A DNA stretch of 64,000 bases from Paraphysomonas bandaiensis. Its lineage: Eukaryota > Protista > Chrysophyceae. Of the stretch, positions 24,416-36,441 are shown in pieces. How positions within the stretch are numbered: the first letter of the stretch is position 1; every line of letters starts with the position of its first letter. The DNA lies in NCBI GenBank assembly GCA_965644295.1, contig CBFFRP010000172.1, positions 1 to 64,000 on the forward strand, written 5' to 3'. Under the pieces are notes generated by a model. The model was not told the DNA's origin, did no database searches, and saw nothing but the letters and a program-made list of their open reading frames with translations. Both the position numbers and the translations under genes were made by a program.

Positions 24416-24837
24416 TAAATCGAGAGCATGAAATATAGTTAATCGATGCGTTTCTACTTATGGTCAGTCTAGGAGTGGAGGGTATACATACATGTCGGAG
24501 GTTGCAATATATAGGGGGGCTATGTGTTTGCTACATATTTTACATGCACAACAGAATACACCCTTTCTTAGTGAGAAACTTCGTACAAAATATCCAAACT
24601 TTTACAAAAATCATTGATTTTACTATTCTACCTGATTTCTGAGTATTTTTCTCATACTGGTATACTATACTGGTATGCTGTGAGTCAAGCAATGTACTCT
24701 CTCTTGTACATAATATGTACTGTACTCTTTGTCTCTCCATAAGAAAACTATGAGTCATAAACTACATCCCTCCAACTAAAACCCATACGAATTATTCGCT
24801 TAAACATGCACTAGTCATATCTATTGACCTCTACTAG

Positions 24838-25866
24838 ATGCTATCCACAGCCTATCTGCTACGAAAACTGTGTCCCATACTCTCTACTCGCCATACCTCC
24901 ACCTTATGTCCACGCACACAGCGACCGCTATCAGTGAGAGACGTATACAAGGCTGCTATGAAATCATTTAAGGCGTCTAATGTACCTGAAGTAGAACATT
25001 CAGCCAGATATCTTCTATGTGAGGCCGCTGGTATAGACTACACATGGTCTGCATTCCAGGGCAGTCTTGATATGACTCTATCCGATCACCAAATGAAGAG
25101 AATGGAATCGCATTGTACCAGGAGAATAGCACGGGAACCTATCCAATACATCATTGGGAACTGGGATTTTAGGGGCAGGGTTTTTCAATGTGCCTCTCCT
25201 GTTTTAATACCACGCCCGGAAACTGAAGAAATGGTGGACCTGATTATTTCCAGTGAGATTCTAAGAGATATCAAGCGCCCCAGTATTCTTGACATAGGAT
25301 CTGGAAGTGGTGTTATTGGCGTATCATTGCTTGCAGAGATTCCCTCCTCTAATTGCGTCGCTATTGATCCACACCCATCTGCCGTCTCTCTGTCACACAA
25401 GAATGCGTCCACTATCCTCTGCTCGACCTGTTCTTACAGTCAGTGTCCTGAAGGAATTCAATGTTGTCGATATACAACACTACAATGTGATATACAGACA
25501 ATGTGTTCTTCGTCCAGTACTGAATACCAGCAGTACATAGGGTCGTTTGATTTACTGGTATCCAACCCCCCATATATACCTTCAACAGACATACCTGATC
25601 TGGAACCTGAGGTCAGGATACATGAGAGTGAGCTTGCTTTAGATGGAGGACCGGATGGACTCGATATCATCCAGAGCATCGTACAGTTGAGCCCATCACT
25701 TTTATCCAGCAGCGGGACGAAGGAGCTATGGATGGAGGTATCACCCACCCACCCTCAAGCAATAGAAGAATCCCTCGAACTATTACCTGACTGCCGATAC
25801 ACGTTTGTTGAAGGAATTAAGGACATGTACGGAAGGCCTAGATTCGTTAGACTTAAACTGAAGTAG
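24838..25866 (+). CDS. HEMK1: Release-factor glutamine methyltransferase HemK/PrmC, probably mitochondrial
   Basis: RRIAREPIQYIIGNWDF, VLIPRPETE, LDIGSGSG, LVSNPPYI, LALDGGPDGL; basic, hydroxylated N-terminal extension. Confidence 0.93.
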   Translation: MLSTAYLLRKLCPILSTRHTSTLCPRTQRPLSVRDVYKAAMKSFKASNVPEVEHSARYLLCEAAGIDYTWSAFQGSLDMTLSDHQMKRMESHCTRRIAREPIQYIIGNWDFRGRVFQCASPVLIPRPETEEMVDLIISSEILRDIKRPSILDIGSGSGVIGVSLLAEIPSSNCVAIDPHPSAVSLSHKNASTILCSTCSYSQCPEGIQCCRYTTLQCDIQTMCSSSSTEYQQYIGSFDLLVSNPPYIPSTDIPDLEPEVRIHESELALDGGPDGLDIIQSIVQLSPSLLSSSGTKELWMEVSPTHPQAIEESLELLPDCRYTFVEGIKDMYGRPRFVRLKLK

Positions 25867-26297
25867 TAGATCTTCTTATACAATGTTGGAAAATCTTGGT
25901 GCTGTGTGTTCGTAATCTATTCACACAACATGCTTTCTATATTTCTATATAACTAAGTGTGCATAGGTACTTGTATCTATAATAAAGTAGTTTCATTTTT
26001 GTACATATAGTATGGAGAGCAGTAAATTTATCACTACAGCCGTGCAACGTACTCTATATTCTATATTAGCGCCTCTGCATGACGAATGATCACTACTCGG
26101 TCTTTACGAACACAGGGGGTATCATCAGTCATCCATAATCCATACTCCCATTGCAATGTACTAAAAATCAATAGTTCACTTAGCTGTTAAGAGTATATAC
26201 TTTACAAGCGAACGAAAGATGCATGACTATAGCTTATAATACACTAACACGAAGTATGTAGTGTTTTGTATCAAAGAGTAGCCCAATTAACACATTC

Positions 26298-29130
26298 TCA
26301 ATTCTTATCCGCTGTAATTTGACTTAGAACCCATGACATTTCGAATGCCCTCTCTTTGAGATCTTTGTACCTATAATAACATTTTAGGCTAAAACCTGAA
26401 AGCAATTCGCTCGACATACCTATCCGATGCACTGAAATGTCCTGCACTTAAGTCCGTCTTCATCAAGAGCTGATTGTCATTAGTTTTAAGTTCCCGAAGT
26501 TTGGCGACCCACTTGGCGGGCTCCCAGTAGGCCACACGGGGATCGTGAAGTCCAGCAGTTACAAGAAGTGCAGGATAATCCTGCATCAAATTTAATATGC
26601 TAACCAAGCGACACAAAAGTTCCAAAGCACCTGGGGAGCTACATTGGAGTACGGACAAAACTTCTTCATGTAGTCGAAATAATCCTTTTCATTAGGGTTC
26701 CCCCACTCCTCCCATTCACCCTAAATTACAATGAGAACGGACTTTAATCAAATAATAAATGTCAAAAAATTATACACACCACTGTCAGTGGGATAGTCGG
26801 ATCACTCATGGTGTTGAGAACGTCTACGAACGGAACATCCGCAACGGCTGCGCGGAAGAGATTAGGATACATATTAACAGACGCACCAATGAGAAGCCCC
26901 CCCGCGCTACGCCCTACTACTGCCAGTCGACTGGCCTCAGTAACCCCCTGGTTAATTAAATGCATAGCACAGTCCGCAAAGTCGTGGAACGTATTCATCT
27001 TTGTAAAATACTTGCCACCCGCCTCGTACCATGGGTATCTTCCCATCTCACCACCCCCACGAATATGCGCTATAGCGTACACAACTCCACGGTCAAGAAG
27101 AGGAAGTCGAGTATAATCAAAGTTAGGGTCCATCGAGCTACCATAACTTCCGTAGCCATACATAAGTACAGGAGTGTCTTGTGGTAGACCACTGTTCTCC
27201 GATAGCACGGATCGACTGAAGACCATGCTAATTGGTATATTGCACCCAGAAGTCTTCGATGAGGGTGCATACATTCTAGCAACAGCATACTTTTCGCGTT
27301 CATAACCAGGTACTTCTTTTTCTTTGAGTACTTTGCGGTCCCCGGAGATCATATTAACTGATAATACCTGCTGAGGTGTTAGCAAGCTGGAATACTTGAG
27401 CCGAAGCTCCTGTGTGTCGTATTCCATGTTCCCGTAGGCACTTATTGAGTACATCTCTTCTGCTAAGGGTAACTCTTTCCACTCTGCTCCAAGAGGAATA
27501 TTCCGGCCCTCTGCAGACAGAACCCAGCATCGTTGCCCGCCACCTTCTCGTCCAAACACTACCATGGCTGTCTTGAACGGTAACACATACCTAACCTCAA
27601 CATTCGGGTTATACGGGCACATCTCTTCCCACCTATCAGTGGTTAGTGAAGGCGACGACGTAGGGATACGACACAGTTTGCTGTTGTGTGCACCCTGAAA
27701 GTTTGTGACGATGTAAAAAAAGTCCCCGTGGTGGTCACATGAATATCGCAGCTTCTCCACCCTTGGTTGTACGGTTCGTAATTCTCCAACAGCTTTGCGG
27801 TGGCCATTGCCTCCAACAACTCCAGCAATTGACACAATGTGTTCTTCAGAAGTCTCTATACTCTCGCTACTAATGATAAGATACTCTTCGCTGCTTGTCT
27901 TGTTCACATCTACACAGAAGAGCTGATTGTCCTCCCGGTACAGAAGAACGTCAGAGTCTTGACTGGTCCCTGCAGGAGAGCAACAAAATTGAATATCGGG
28001 CGACAAAAATAGCAACAAATGGTAAACATATCACCCTGAGACCAAATATTATGCCAAAAATACGCACCTAATACATGCATCCAAACTTCATGCGGTCGGT
28101 GCTCCTCGTCCATCTTCGTGTAGAAGAGAGTGGAATCGTCGCCACCCCACACGACGTCTCCAGAGCATTCAGTAAGGGTGTCTATCACACTGCCAGCAGA
28201 ATGACCTGCTCCCGCCCGCAGATCACATACACGGATCGTATACGTCTCGTATCCTATAGATTTAGTTAGGACCTGGAAGGTTATGTCGTAAAACAATAAG
28301 ACGGTATATACCGATGTTGTCCACTGCATAAGCGAGCAGCATGTGACTGGGACTGGGCTCACATGCCCCCACAACACAATAGTCATGGCCTTTAGCAACC
28401 TCGTTTTCATCAAGAAATACTTCCTCTTTTCCCTTCTCCTTGTCTGAGGATAAAACGCGGCAATGAAGGCGGTAAGCCAAGCCTTCTTCAGTCCTTGTGT
28501 AGTACATGTACGGTCCATGGCGATACGGAACCTAGTAGGGCTATAAAGAAAACACTTGAAGGCATCTTTTTCACCGACACTCACCTCATCGTCCGTCTGC
28601 TTAAGATATCCCAGCATTTCATTGTATAAGGAGTCTTTGAGAGGAGCCAAGCATTCAGTCATTTGCTCACAGTATCTGTTCTCTTCTCGAATGTGATTCA
28701 GCACCTGAGGAAGATATTAGAAATGCATTTTCCACTGAAAGTGTCATAATACCTCATCTTTAGACCTTGTTTCGTCTCTCATCCAGTTATAGTAGTCTAC
28801 TCTCTCCTACATATACATATATATAGTGAGCAGTGTTGAATATATAAGAGCCAGCAGTTCAATACCAGAGGCGGGTCCATAGCTTTATCTCCCCGATACT
28901 CGTCAGGCTTTGCCGGATGCTTTCCGAAATATATAGTCTCAGCAACCTTCTTTGCTACTGGAGCAGCAATACGAGAATATTTCATAGACTATATACACGT
29001 ATATATATATATAGTGTTAGCAGAGAGAGTGATAGATAGAAGAGGGGACCTTCATACGGCTCATGGCTGCACCGCGAACTAGTAGAGAAGAGCCCAGGAA
29101 CAGGGCTGGTCCTATTAACCGGGTATCCAT
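26298..29130 (-). CDS. Oligopeptidase B (protease II, S9A); multi-exon
   Basis: [25 protein letters not shown] nucleophile, [27 protein letters not shown]. Probable first exon [24 protein letters not shown] (hydrophobic leader) at 29130; last exon ends ...ADKN* at 26298. Confidence 0.93.
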
Positions 29131-29212
29131 CTTGTTAAAGTAGTGGTTGATATTTAGTTAATAGAAGGACACTTCTTTGGAAATATTGGAATCATATATC
29201 ATATAAACGTAC

Positions 29213-29274
29213 ATGTGTGTATGTATGTATGTATGTATGTATGTATGTATGTATGTATGTATGTATGTATGTAC

Positions 29275-29305
<31 letters not shown>

Positions 29306-29350
29306 TGTATGTATGTATGTATGTATGTATGTATGTATGTATGTATGTAC

Positions 29351-29381
<31 letters not shown>

Positions 29382-29462
29382 TGTATGTATGTATGTATGT
29401 ATGTATGTATGTATGTATGTATGTATGTATGTATGTATGTATGTATGTATGTATGTATGTAC

Positions 29463-29493
<31 letters not shown>

Positions 29494-29602
29494 TGTATGT
29501 ATGTATGTATGTATGTATGTATGTATGTATGTATGTATGTATGTATGTATGTATGTATGTATGTATGTATGTATGTATGTATGTATGTATGTATGTATGT
29601 AC

Positions 29603-29633
<31 letters not shown>

Positions 29634-29654
29634 TGTATGTATGTATGTATGTAC

Positions 29655-29685
<31 letters not shown>

Positions 29686-29694
29686 TGTATGTAC

Positions 29695-29725
<31 letters not shown>

Positions 29726-29766
29726 TGTATGTATGTATGTATGTATGTATGTATGTATGTATGTAC

Positions 29767-29797
<31 letters not shown>

Positions 29798-29798
29798 C

Positions 29799-29829
<31 letters not shown>

Positions 29830-29893
29830 TGTATGTATGTATGTATGTATGTAGGTAGGTAGGTAGGTAGGTAGGTAGGTATGTACGTAGGTA
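29213..29893. repeat. (TATG)n microsatellite ~640 bp with periodic TACA interruptions, ending in (TAGG)n
   Basis: Directly visible; source of the spurious YIHT/YVCM ORFs. Confidence 0.98.
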
Positions 29894-30019
29894 AGTGTCG
29901 ATAGGTACTGTGTTTTCGTGTAGGAGTATGTCCACTATTTAAATGAGTGTGTTGTATAGTGGCCATCTGAATGTTGCATTCCACAATACTGCACACCCGG
30001 CTGTAAAATAAGTCAGTCA

Positions 30020-33000
30020 ATGGATTTTTATTATCTCTTCTTATTAGCATGTGCTGTCTGTCTCTGTCAGTGTTCAGATACTCCCAATCCCTATGAGATC
30101 TATCTACAGGGCCAGCACAGTCAGTACACTCTGCATGATCCATCTACAGCCCTCTATTTATACAATAAAGCCCATGAAATCATATCTCTCTCCAATGATA
30201 ATATTCAATACGACTACAGTGGCATGTATAATGACATCGGTGTGCTGAGAATGAACAGCGGGGAACTGGAACTAGCCGCAGAGGCCTTTCAGATGGCCAT
30301 ATCTCTCAATGACCAGTGTATCAATGCATACAGTAATTTAGCCGGTTTAAAGGCGAAATTTGGAGATTTTAATGGAGCGGAATACTTATATCGTGTTGCT
30401 ATTGGGGTTTCGGGGGCTCCAGCGGAGTTGTATTACAACTACGGCGTTTTCTTGTAAGTAAATGGAGTAATTGTCCTCTGTTATTTAATAGTTCACAGAG
30501 TTGAATTAGGGCGACTTGAAGAAGCAAAAGATATGTATAAAGCCGCACTGCAGGTACCATTATCGTCATCACGAAATGTCGTTCGATGTGTTGTCCGCAT
30601 GATATGAGTGTACATCTGTAGAGAAAAAACGATTTGGTTCCTGCTCTGGGAGCTTTAGCCTTGGAGTCATGCAGGGAGGGCAATTGGACTGCAGCGAATG
30701 AGTTTTACGAGGTATCATTGGTTTTTATTAAATTGTTTCAACTTTTTTAATGCTACGGTCTAGATAGCGAAAGTTCGAGCCCACATGATGCAGGATACTC
30801 CAACCTATAACAGCCTTGTTCTGCAACAAGCGCTGGGAGTTATTCCCCATTTTTTTGTTTCAAAGGAACAAGCTGATGATGTTCGTCGAACTTATTTAAG
30901 AAACTTATATGGTGCTATTCAGGAGCTTCCCATTGATAGTATTGTGTCACCAATTGAGTCCTTGGGATGCTCCTCTATTGGATACTATCTTATATACCAA
31001 GGTTGTATTTATACCAGATGATATGGGAGTGTTGGTTATACGGTTTTATAGGCTACAATGACTTGATCCCACGTCAGTTGTTGGCTTTTCTCTATTCCCG
31101 CGTGTCATTAACTTACATCTACGACTACCCTGCATCTCTCAACTTGCCGGCCTTTAACAACGTAGTACAGCAGCCACATATTTCGAGAAGATTGTATGAA
31201 TCTGTCTGTACTGAACCAAGTAAAGTGGTCCGTAGTGACGACCGAATCAAAGTAGGTTTTATGTCAGCGTTTTTCTATCATCATTCAGTGGGACTTCTAC
31301 TGCAAGGAGTCATCAAAAACATTCGTAGTGACCTGTTTCATAAGACACTGATTCTTATTCAACGTGGCTCAGACGACGTCACTGAGAAGCTGATCCGATC
31401 GTGCGATATCACTGTGCGCCTTGATCAGACACGCGTATCCGCAAGGGACCTACAGCATCATCGCCAGCGTATTCGATCGTATGATCTAGACGTACTTGTA
31501 TTCGGTTTGTTATTTTACTTTTCCGTATATTTTCACATTCCGTCATAATAGGTGAAATTGGCATGGATACAATGACATATTTTTTATCCTTTTCTCAACT
31601 TGCGAGAAGATCTATTGTTTTTTGGGGACATGCCATTACATCAGGAGTTCTTGACTACCCCTCCCTGTATGGTCACTTGAGTAATGAAACGGGAGATGGG
31701 GGTTGCTGGAGCAGAGGGGGGCCAGACTATTTCGTATCATCGGTTTTGTTTGAGAAGAATCGTTCGCAGCTGAGGTATACGGAGCGACTTCTGCTTCAAG
31801 AGGTATAAATGTGCTGCTGAGATCACTCACCCGTTTTTGATCTGTATACCAATTGTCGTTTCCATTCTGCAGGGTATGACAACGTATTTTGAACGCCCTC
31901 TTCCTCCATTACGGTACGATGTGCTTGGTTTACCCCCACTTGGCGCACATGACTCACAGTTTGCAAGCGCACCACCTGGACTATCATGGAGAGCAACTCT
32001 CCCTGACAAAATGTCTTTTTTGAACTTGATGCTGAGTTCACCGTCTCATGCAATCGAGAAAACTGTGGACAATGTTGAACACCATTTGCGTGAACTTGGA
32101 CTGAATCGTAGCGACGTCAATTTATATGGTGTCCCTCAGGTGCTAATGGTTGAAATGCCTACGTACTGTGTTACTTATATTTTGTTTCTCATATAGACAT
32201 TGTACAAACTGTCCCCCACGATGACTGCATTGATAGCACGTGTCTTGTTGTCCGATCCACACGGACTCCTTGTGATTCCTGATGGGCAGGTATTGATCAG
32301 TAAATCATACTCACACTTTTAATGCTTATGTGCAGGACGGAACTCTCGTTCGCATAGCAAAGAGTTTAATGAGAAAACAATACGGGGAGTCTTTATTTCA
32401 TCGAGTGCTTTTTGTGCGCACCATGACAGTATGTACCATTCAATATTAAAATGTGAACAACATAACAGAACATTCTAGGGCCAGGAATTCATTACTCTAT
32501 GCGCTGTGTTCGACGTAGTCCTTGACACTTTTCCTGTTGGAGGGGGGAGGTGATAAATATTTTTGACGTAGTGTATTGTATATACAACCAATGCCATCCA
32601 TGCAGTCAATTGAGTAAGCTCTCATTATGCAGGTCATCTTTCGAGATATTTTCGACAGGAACTCCTATTGTCTTGTTGTACCCACATACATCTATTCTCG
32701 AGCTGACATACGGTACCTATGTACTGAATGTTTACTCTTTGCATTCATAACGTTTTTAAAGGCATGTACGAAACGATGGGAATTACCTGCGATCATTGTA
32801 TTACTTACTCAGAAGGTGGTTGGCTGTAGATATATGGCTTCATCTTTAAAACTCGTGTTGCGTAGACGATTTTGTTCGATCTTCTGTTGCCGTGGCATCA
32901 AACCGCACTCTCCAAACTGAGCTACGCCAGAAGATTTTAAGTAACAATTATAGGTTGTACGAGAATGCATCCGTCATAGAAGAGTGGAATGACATGCTCC

Positions 33001-34852
33001 TTTACGTTGCGAATTCTCCGAGACCAATGCCTTTTCAAGATGAATCCGTGAAACATCATATTGTGGCAAGTGTCAGTGATAGAGACATTGAACACGATAT
33101 CAAGAATCTGAAGAAATATGACTTCGTGGATTCTGAAAATGTGACTGCGATAGATTTAGCGCTATCAGTTCCTTTCAGTGAGCCTGCTGTTCGGCTTAAA
33201 GACTGTATTACTTCAAGAACAGCTATATTTAACAATAAAGATTATTCCCAACCCAATGACAAAGGGAGTTCATTGTGGATAAGTAATTCTCATGGAAAAC
33301 ACCAGAGTCGTGATATTCCAACGCCAAATGTCACTGTCGCTGTTGGGTTTATTCTTGGGTACTCACCTTATGTGAAAGAGAGAAAGGGCCACACAGTGAG
33401 AGATGATGAGGTTTCCAATTATTTCGCCTCAGCTGTTAGGAGTGTCGAAGCTGCGCTTGGACACAATATTCCCGGTGGTAACGTCAAAGAGGTAGATCTA
33501 CGTGAAAATATTTTCAACTGCGTTAATTGTCATTCCTATTGTAATCTGTAGGTCCTTGCTGTGGATGATGGTTTGTCCGGATTCACCGCCGCCGAACGTA
33601 TTGCTTTGTCTACTATGTACCCACGGTTCACATTTGTTTTCGAGGTATTTCCTATTAAACTATGGATTTGTTATTATGATTGATCATCACTATGCTGGCA
33701 ATGTGGCACAGAGCACTGTGAGCCGCAAAGGGCAGCCGAACCAAATTCGTGCAGGACTAAATGCTCTAAACTCGCTGATTAAATTGTCAACGTCAACGTT
33801 AGTCTATCTATGCTGATTACGGTTTTTCTGTGGTATAATTATAACGCAGGTATTTGCTCGTAGTCCCCCCTTACTATCGCGTTAAGATGGCGTCATTTGG
33901 TTTGAATTTCCTAAATGGTGCCATTCACGCGCTTCGATCATTTGAATTTGGCTCATACCGGTGTGAGACAATGTCTTGTCAGAATGAAACTGTGGTGAGG
34001 CAGGCAGCTCATATAGTTCTTCTGAAGCAGCAAGCGCACGGCGAGCGATCAAAAAGCAGTGAAAATCAATACTCCTTTTATAGATCTTCGTTGGATCTGT
34101 GCAATAGAGTGGAAGAGTATTTAGCGTCTGTGGGTAGATATTTAGCATTGGAATGTCCCGGCTATCCAATGGCTCCAAATTGTTCTGGTGGGTATATGCC
34201 TTCTGATAGAAATATTTCGTCGCCATCACGTGACACAACTATATCGCGCCAGCCCTTAATTGAAGGGTATATGGAGAGCACTTTGAAATTTGTGTGTGAT
34301 GGGCTTTCAGCATCCGACCACATTACCTCTTTCTGCGCCCAAGTGTACAACTATTCTCACCTAAATACTTTTATCCGGTATCATGCTTCGAATATATTGA
34401 ATCACGGTACGATTGATGAATATGTCAAAGGCGTGGTCGTCGACACCATGCGGTACATTTATACCGTCCCCTCTGTGTGGGACATTGATGCACTTGCACA
34501 TATTGTGCTGGATGGAGAAAATCAATACAGACTATCGTCGAATTATACCACAGATAGGAAGCTGACGAAATCAGATTTTATTGCCACGAAACGCTCTTCA
34601 AAATTGCACACCAGTGCCGGTTTAAGCAAGTCGAAAAGGCGGGTGGATTGGAAAACTCACAGAAGAGCAGCAGTAGTGTTCGACAGGGAAGACGCGGTCA
34701 AGTACGTCATGCCGCCAGAGAAGAGCAGTTTCTCTGGGAAAGAATGGGACAAGTATCATTCCAATGGAGGGAACAGGTTTGCGCTACGTTTACTCTCAAC
34801 AGGGGTTAGAATCGCATACTTTGCTCGCGACGACGTATTCGAAGTTTACTAG
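30020..34852 (+). CDS. TPR + GT41 (OGT/SPINDLY/HMW1C-like) glycosyltransferase with signal peptide and long C-terminal extension; multi-exon, 3' end uncertain
   Basis: Hydrophobic N-terminus MDFYYLFLLACAVCLCQCS; TPRs (YNDIGVL, AYSNLAGL, LYYNYGVFL). GT41 motifs IKVGFMSAFFYHHSVG, DVLVF-GEIGMDTMTYFL, FWGHAITSG, PQ-TLYKLSP, DVVLDTFPVGGG-RSSFEIFSTGTPIV. Confidence 0.8.
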
Positions 34853-36441
34853 ATTTCACCTAGGCGGCTAAGAAGAGATAAGAAGTGTCATAACACATTG
34901 TTGTCTGAATAGAAGTATTTTCTGTGCTAGCTTCAAGAATAGCTACCTGTCGAAAATAGTATAGGCATCACTGTTGATATTTTTTGTAGATAATTAACCA
35001 TTATTACATCGTTATATATTACTGTGAAACGTGACACAATTCGATTTGGTAATGAATCGGTGCCTTGTGTCCAGTGAAAAACTTCTTGAAGTGGTCGTTG
35101 CATATTTATCAAAGACATGCTGTTGATTGATAACTGTGAAATATTTATAATATATTATATGGTGCTGCATTCAGATTCCATGTAAACATTAGCCCACATC
35201 AGTGGGTCTCAGGAAGAGTTCCTATATATATATATATATATAATATATATATACAGGTAGAACTGTGTGATAGCTAATAATTGTTTATTAATTGACCAGT
35301 AGTGAATGTCTGATTATTTAGCAATAGGCGTTGAGACGAATATTAATTGACCCCCCACAAAGTCGGACTCGCACCTTTTCGTGGTTTTCAACAATCATTT
35401 CATTCCTAAGGTGATGATTCATGCGTAATAATCTAAATGCCGAGGGGTCAATCTTTAACTAACTACATGTAGTAATTCTTAGGATTATATGTACGCACTT
35501 GAATTATTCCTTGCCAGACACAAATTGATGGTATTAAAAATACTCCAATTAATTGAAGCAGATTATAGCCCACTAGAGATGACATTGCTACTTGATGTCC
35601 CAATTTTAATTAATGAAATCTCGATAATTGGCAATTATTTGTTTTCTCAGCCCTTCTATAGCTGACTCACCTATGTACATATATGAGTTAAATCAAAGAT
35701 AAGATGCTGCAGGTGACGATATGCAGCATTGGATGACTTCCGCAACTGACACAAACACGAAAAAATACATTTTGTGTCGTTTTTTTTGCGACGTACTTTG
35801 CGACGCAATTTATGACGGACTTTGTGACTCGTGACACGACACAAAAAAATACGCCGTTCGTGGAAGTCATCCATTAGCAGATATTTAAATAGTACATGAC
35901 AAGCGAAGAGAATAATGATATACGCCTATATAGGAGATTTTATGAAGCTGTTGAAAGGCATTGGCAATATAATAGGTTATAGCTTGTAGAAACTTCCTTG
36001 TTATATGAACCTTGAAGTCATGAAAACAGGTTTATGAATACAACTGCTTACTGTTACCTTCATATCAGTAAGTACTGTCTAATAAGCAATCGCTATAGTA
36101 GGCCCAGTCATCTCAAAAAAGTGTGGGTTAATTAAACTATTATCGAACTAAGTTTTAACTTCCTCAATTTACGACGCTCACAGACAATATATTCTTTCTG
36201 TATTTCAAACCCTCTGAAATGCACATTGCATCATTACTTCACAGTATATGATCTAAGTATGCACACCCATGAAAATCGTTGAGTGTGGCTATATATTCGC
36301 ACACCATATGCAGTGTCTAAAACACCACCTATAGATTTCCGTTTTCCTCGTTAACAGCGATGTCAAGCTCGCTTGGGTTTCGCGCCATTGTTGTCGCTAC
36401 ATCATAAAATCAATGTCATTCGATATGCGACTGCTGTAATT

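Noticed and set aside
29158-30143. Long ORFs of YIHT/YVCM repeats in all six frames
   Set aside because: Artefact of the stop-free (TATG)n microsatellite.
35690-35875. Small GC-richer segment with TTTTGTGTCGT/ACGACACAAAA inverted repeat and GCGACG repeats
   Set aside because: May be a MITE fragment, but it is single-copy in the window with no definable TSD.
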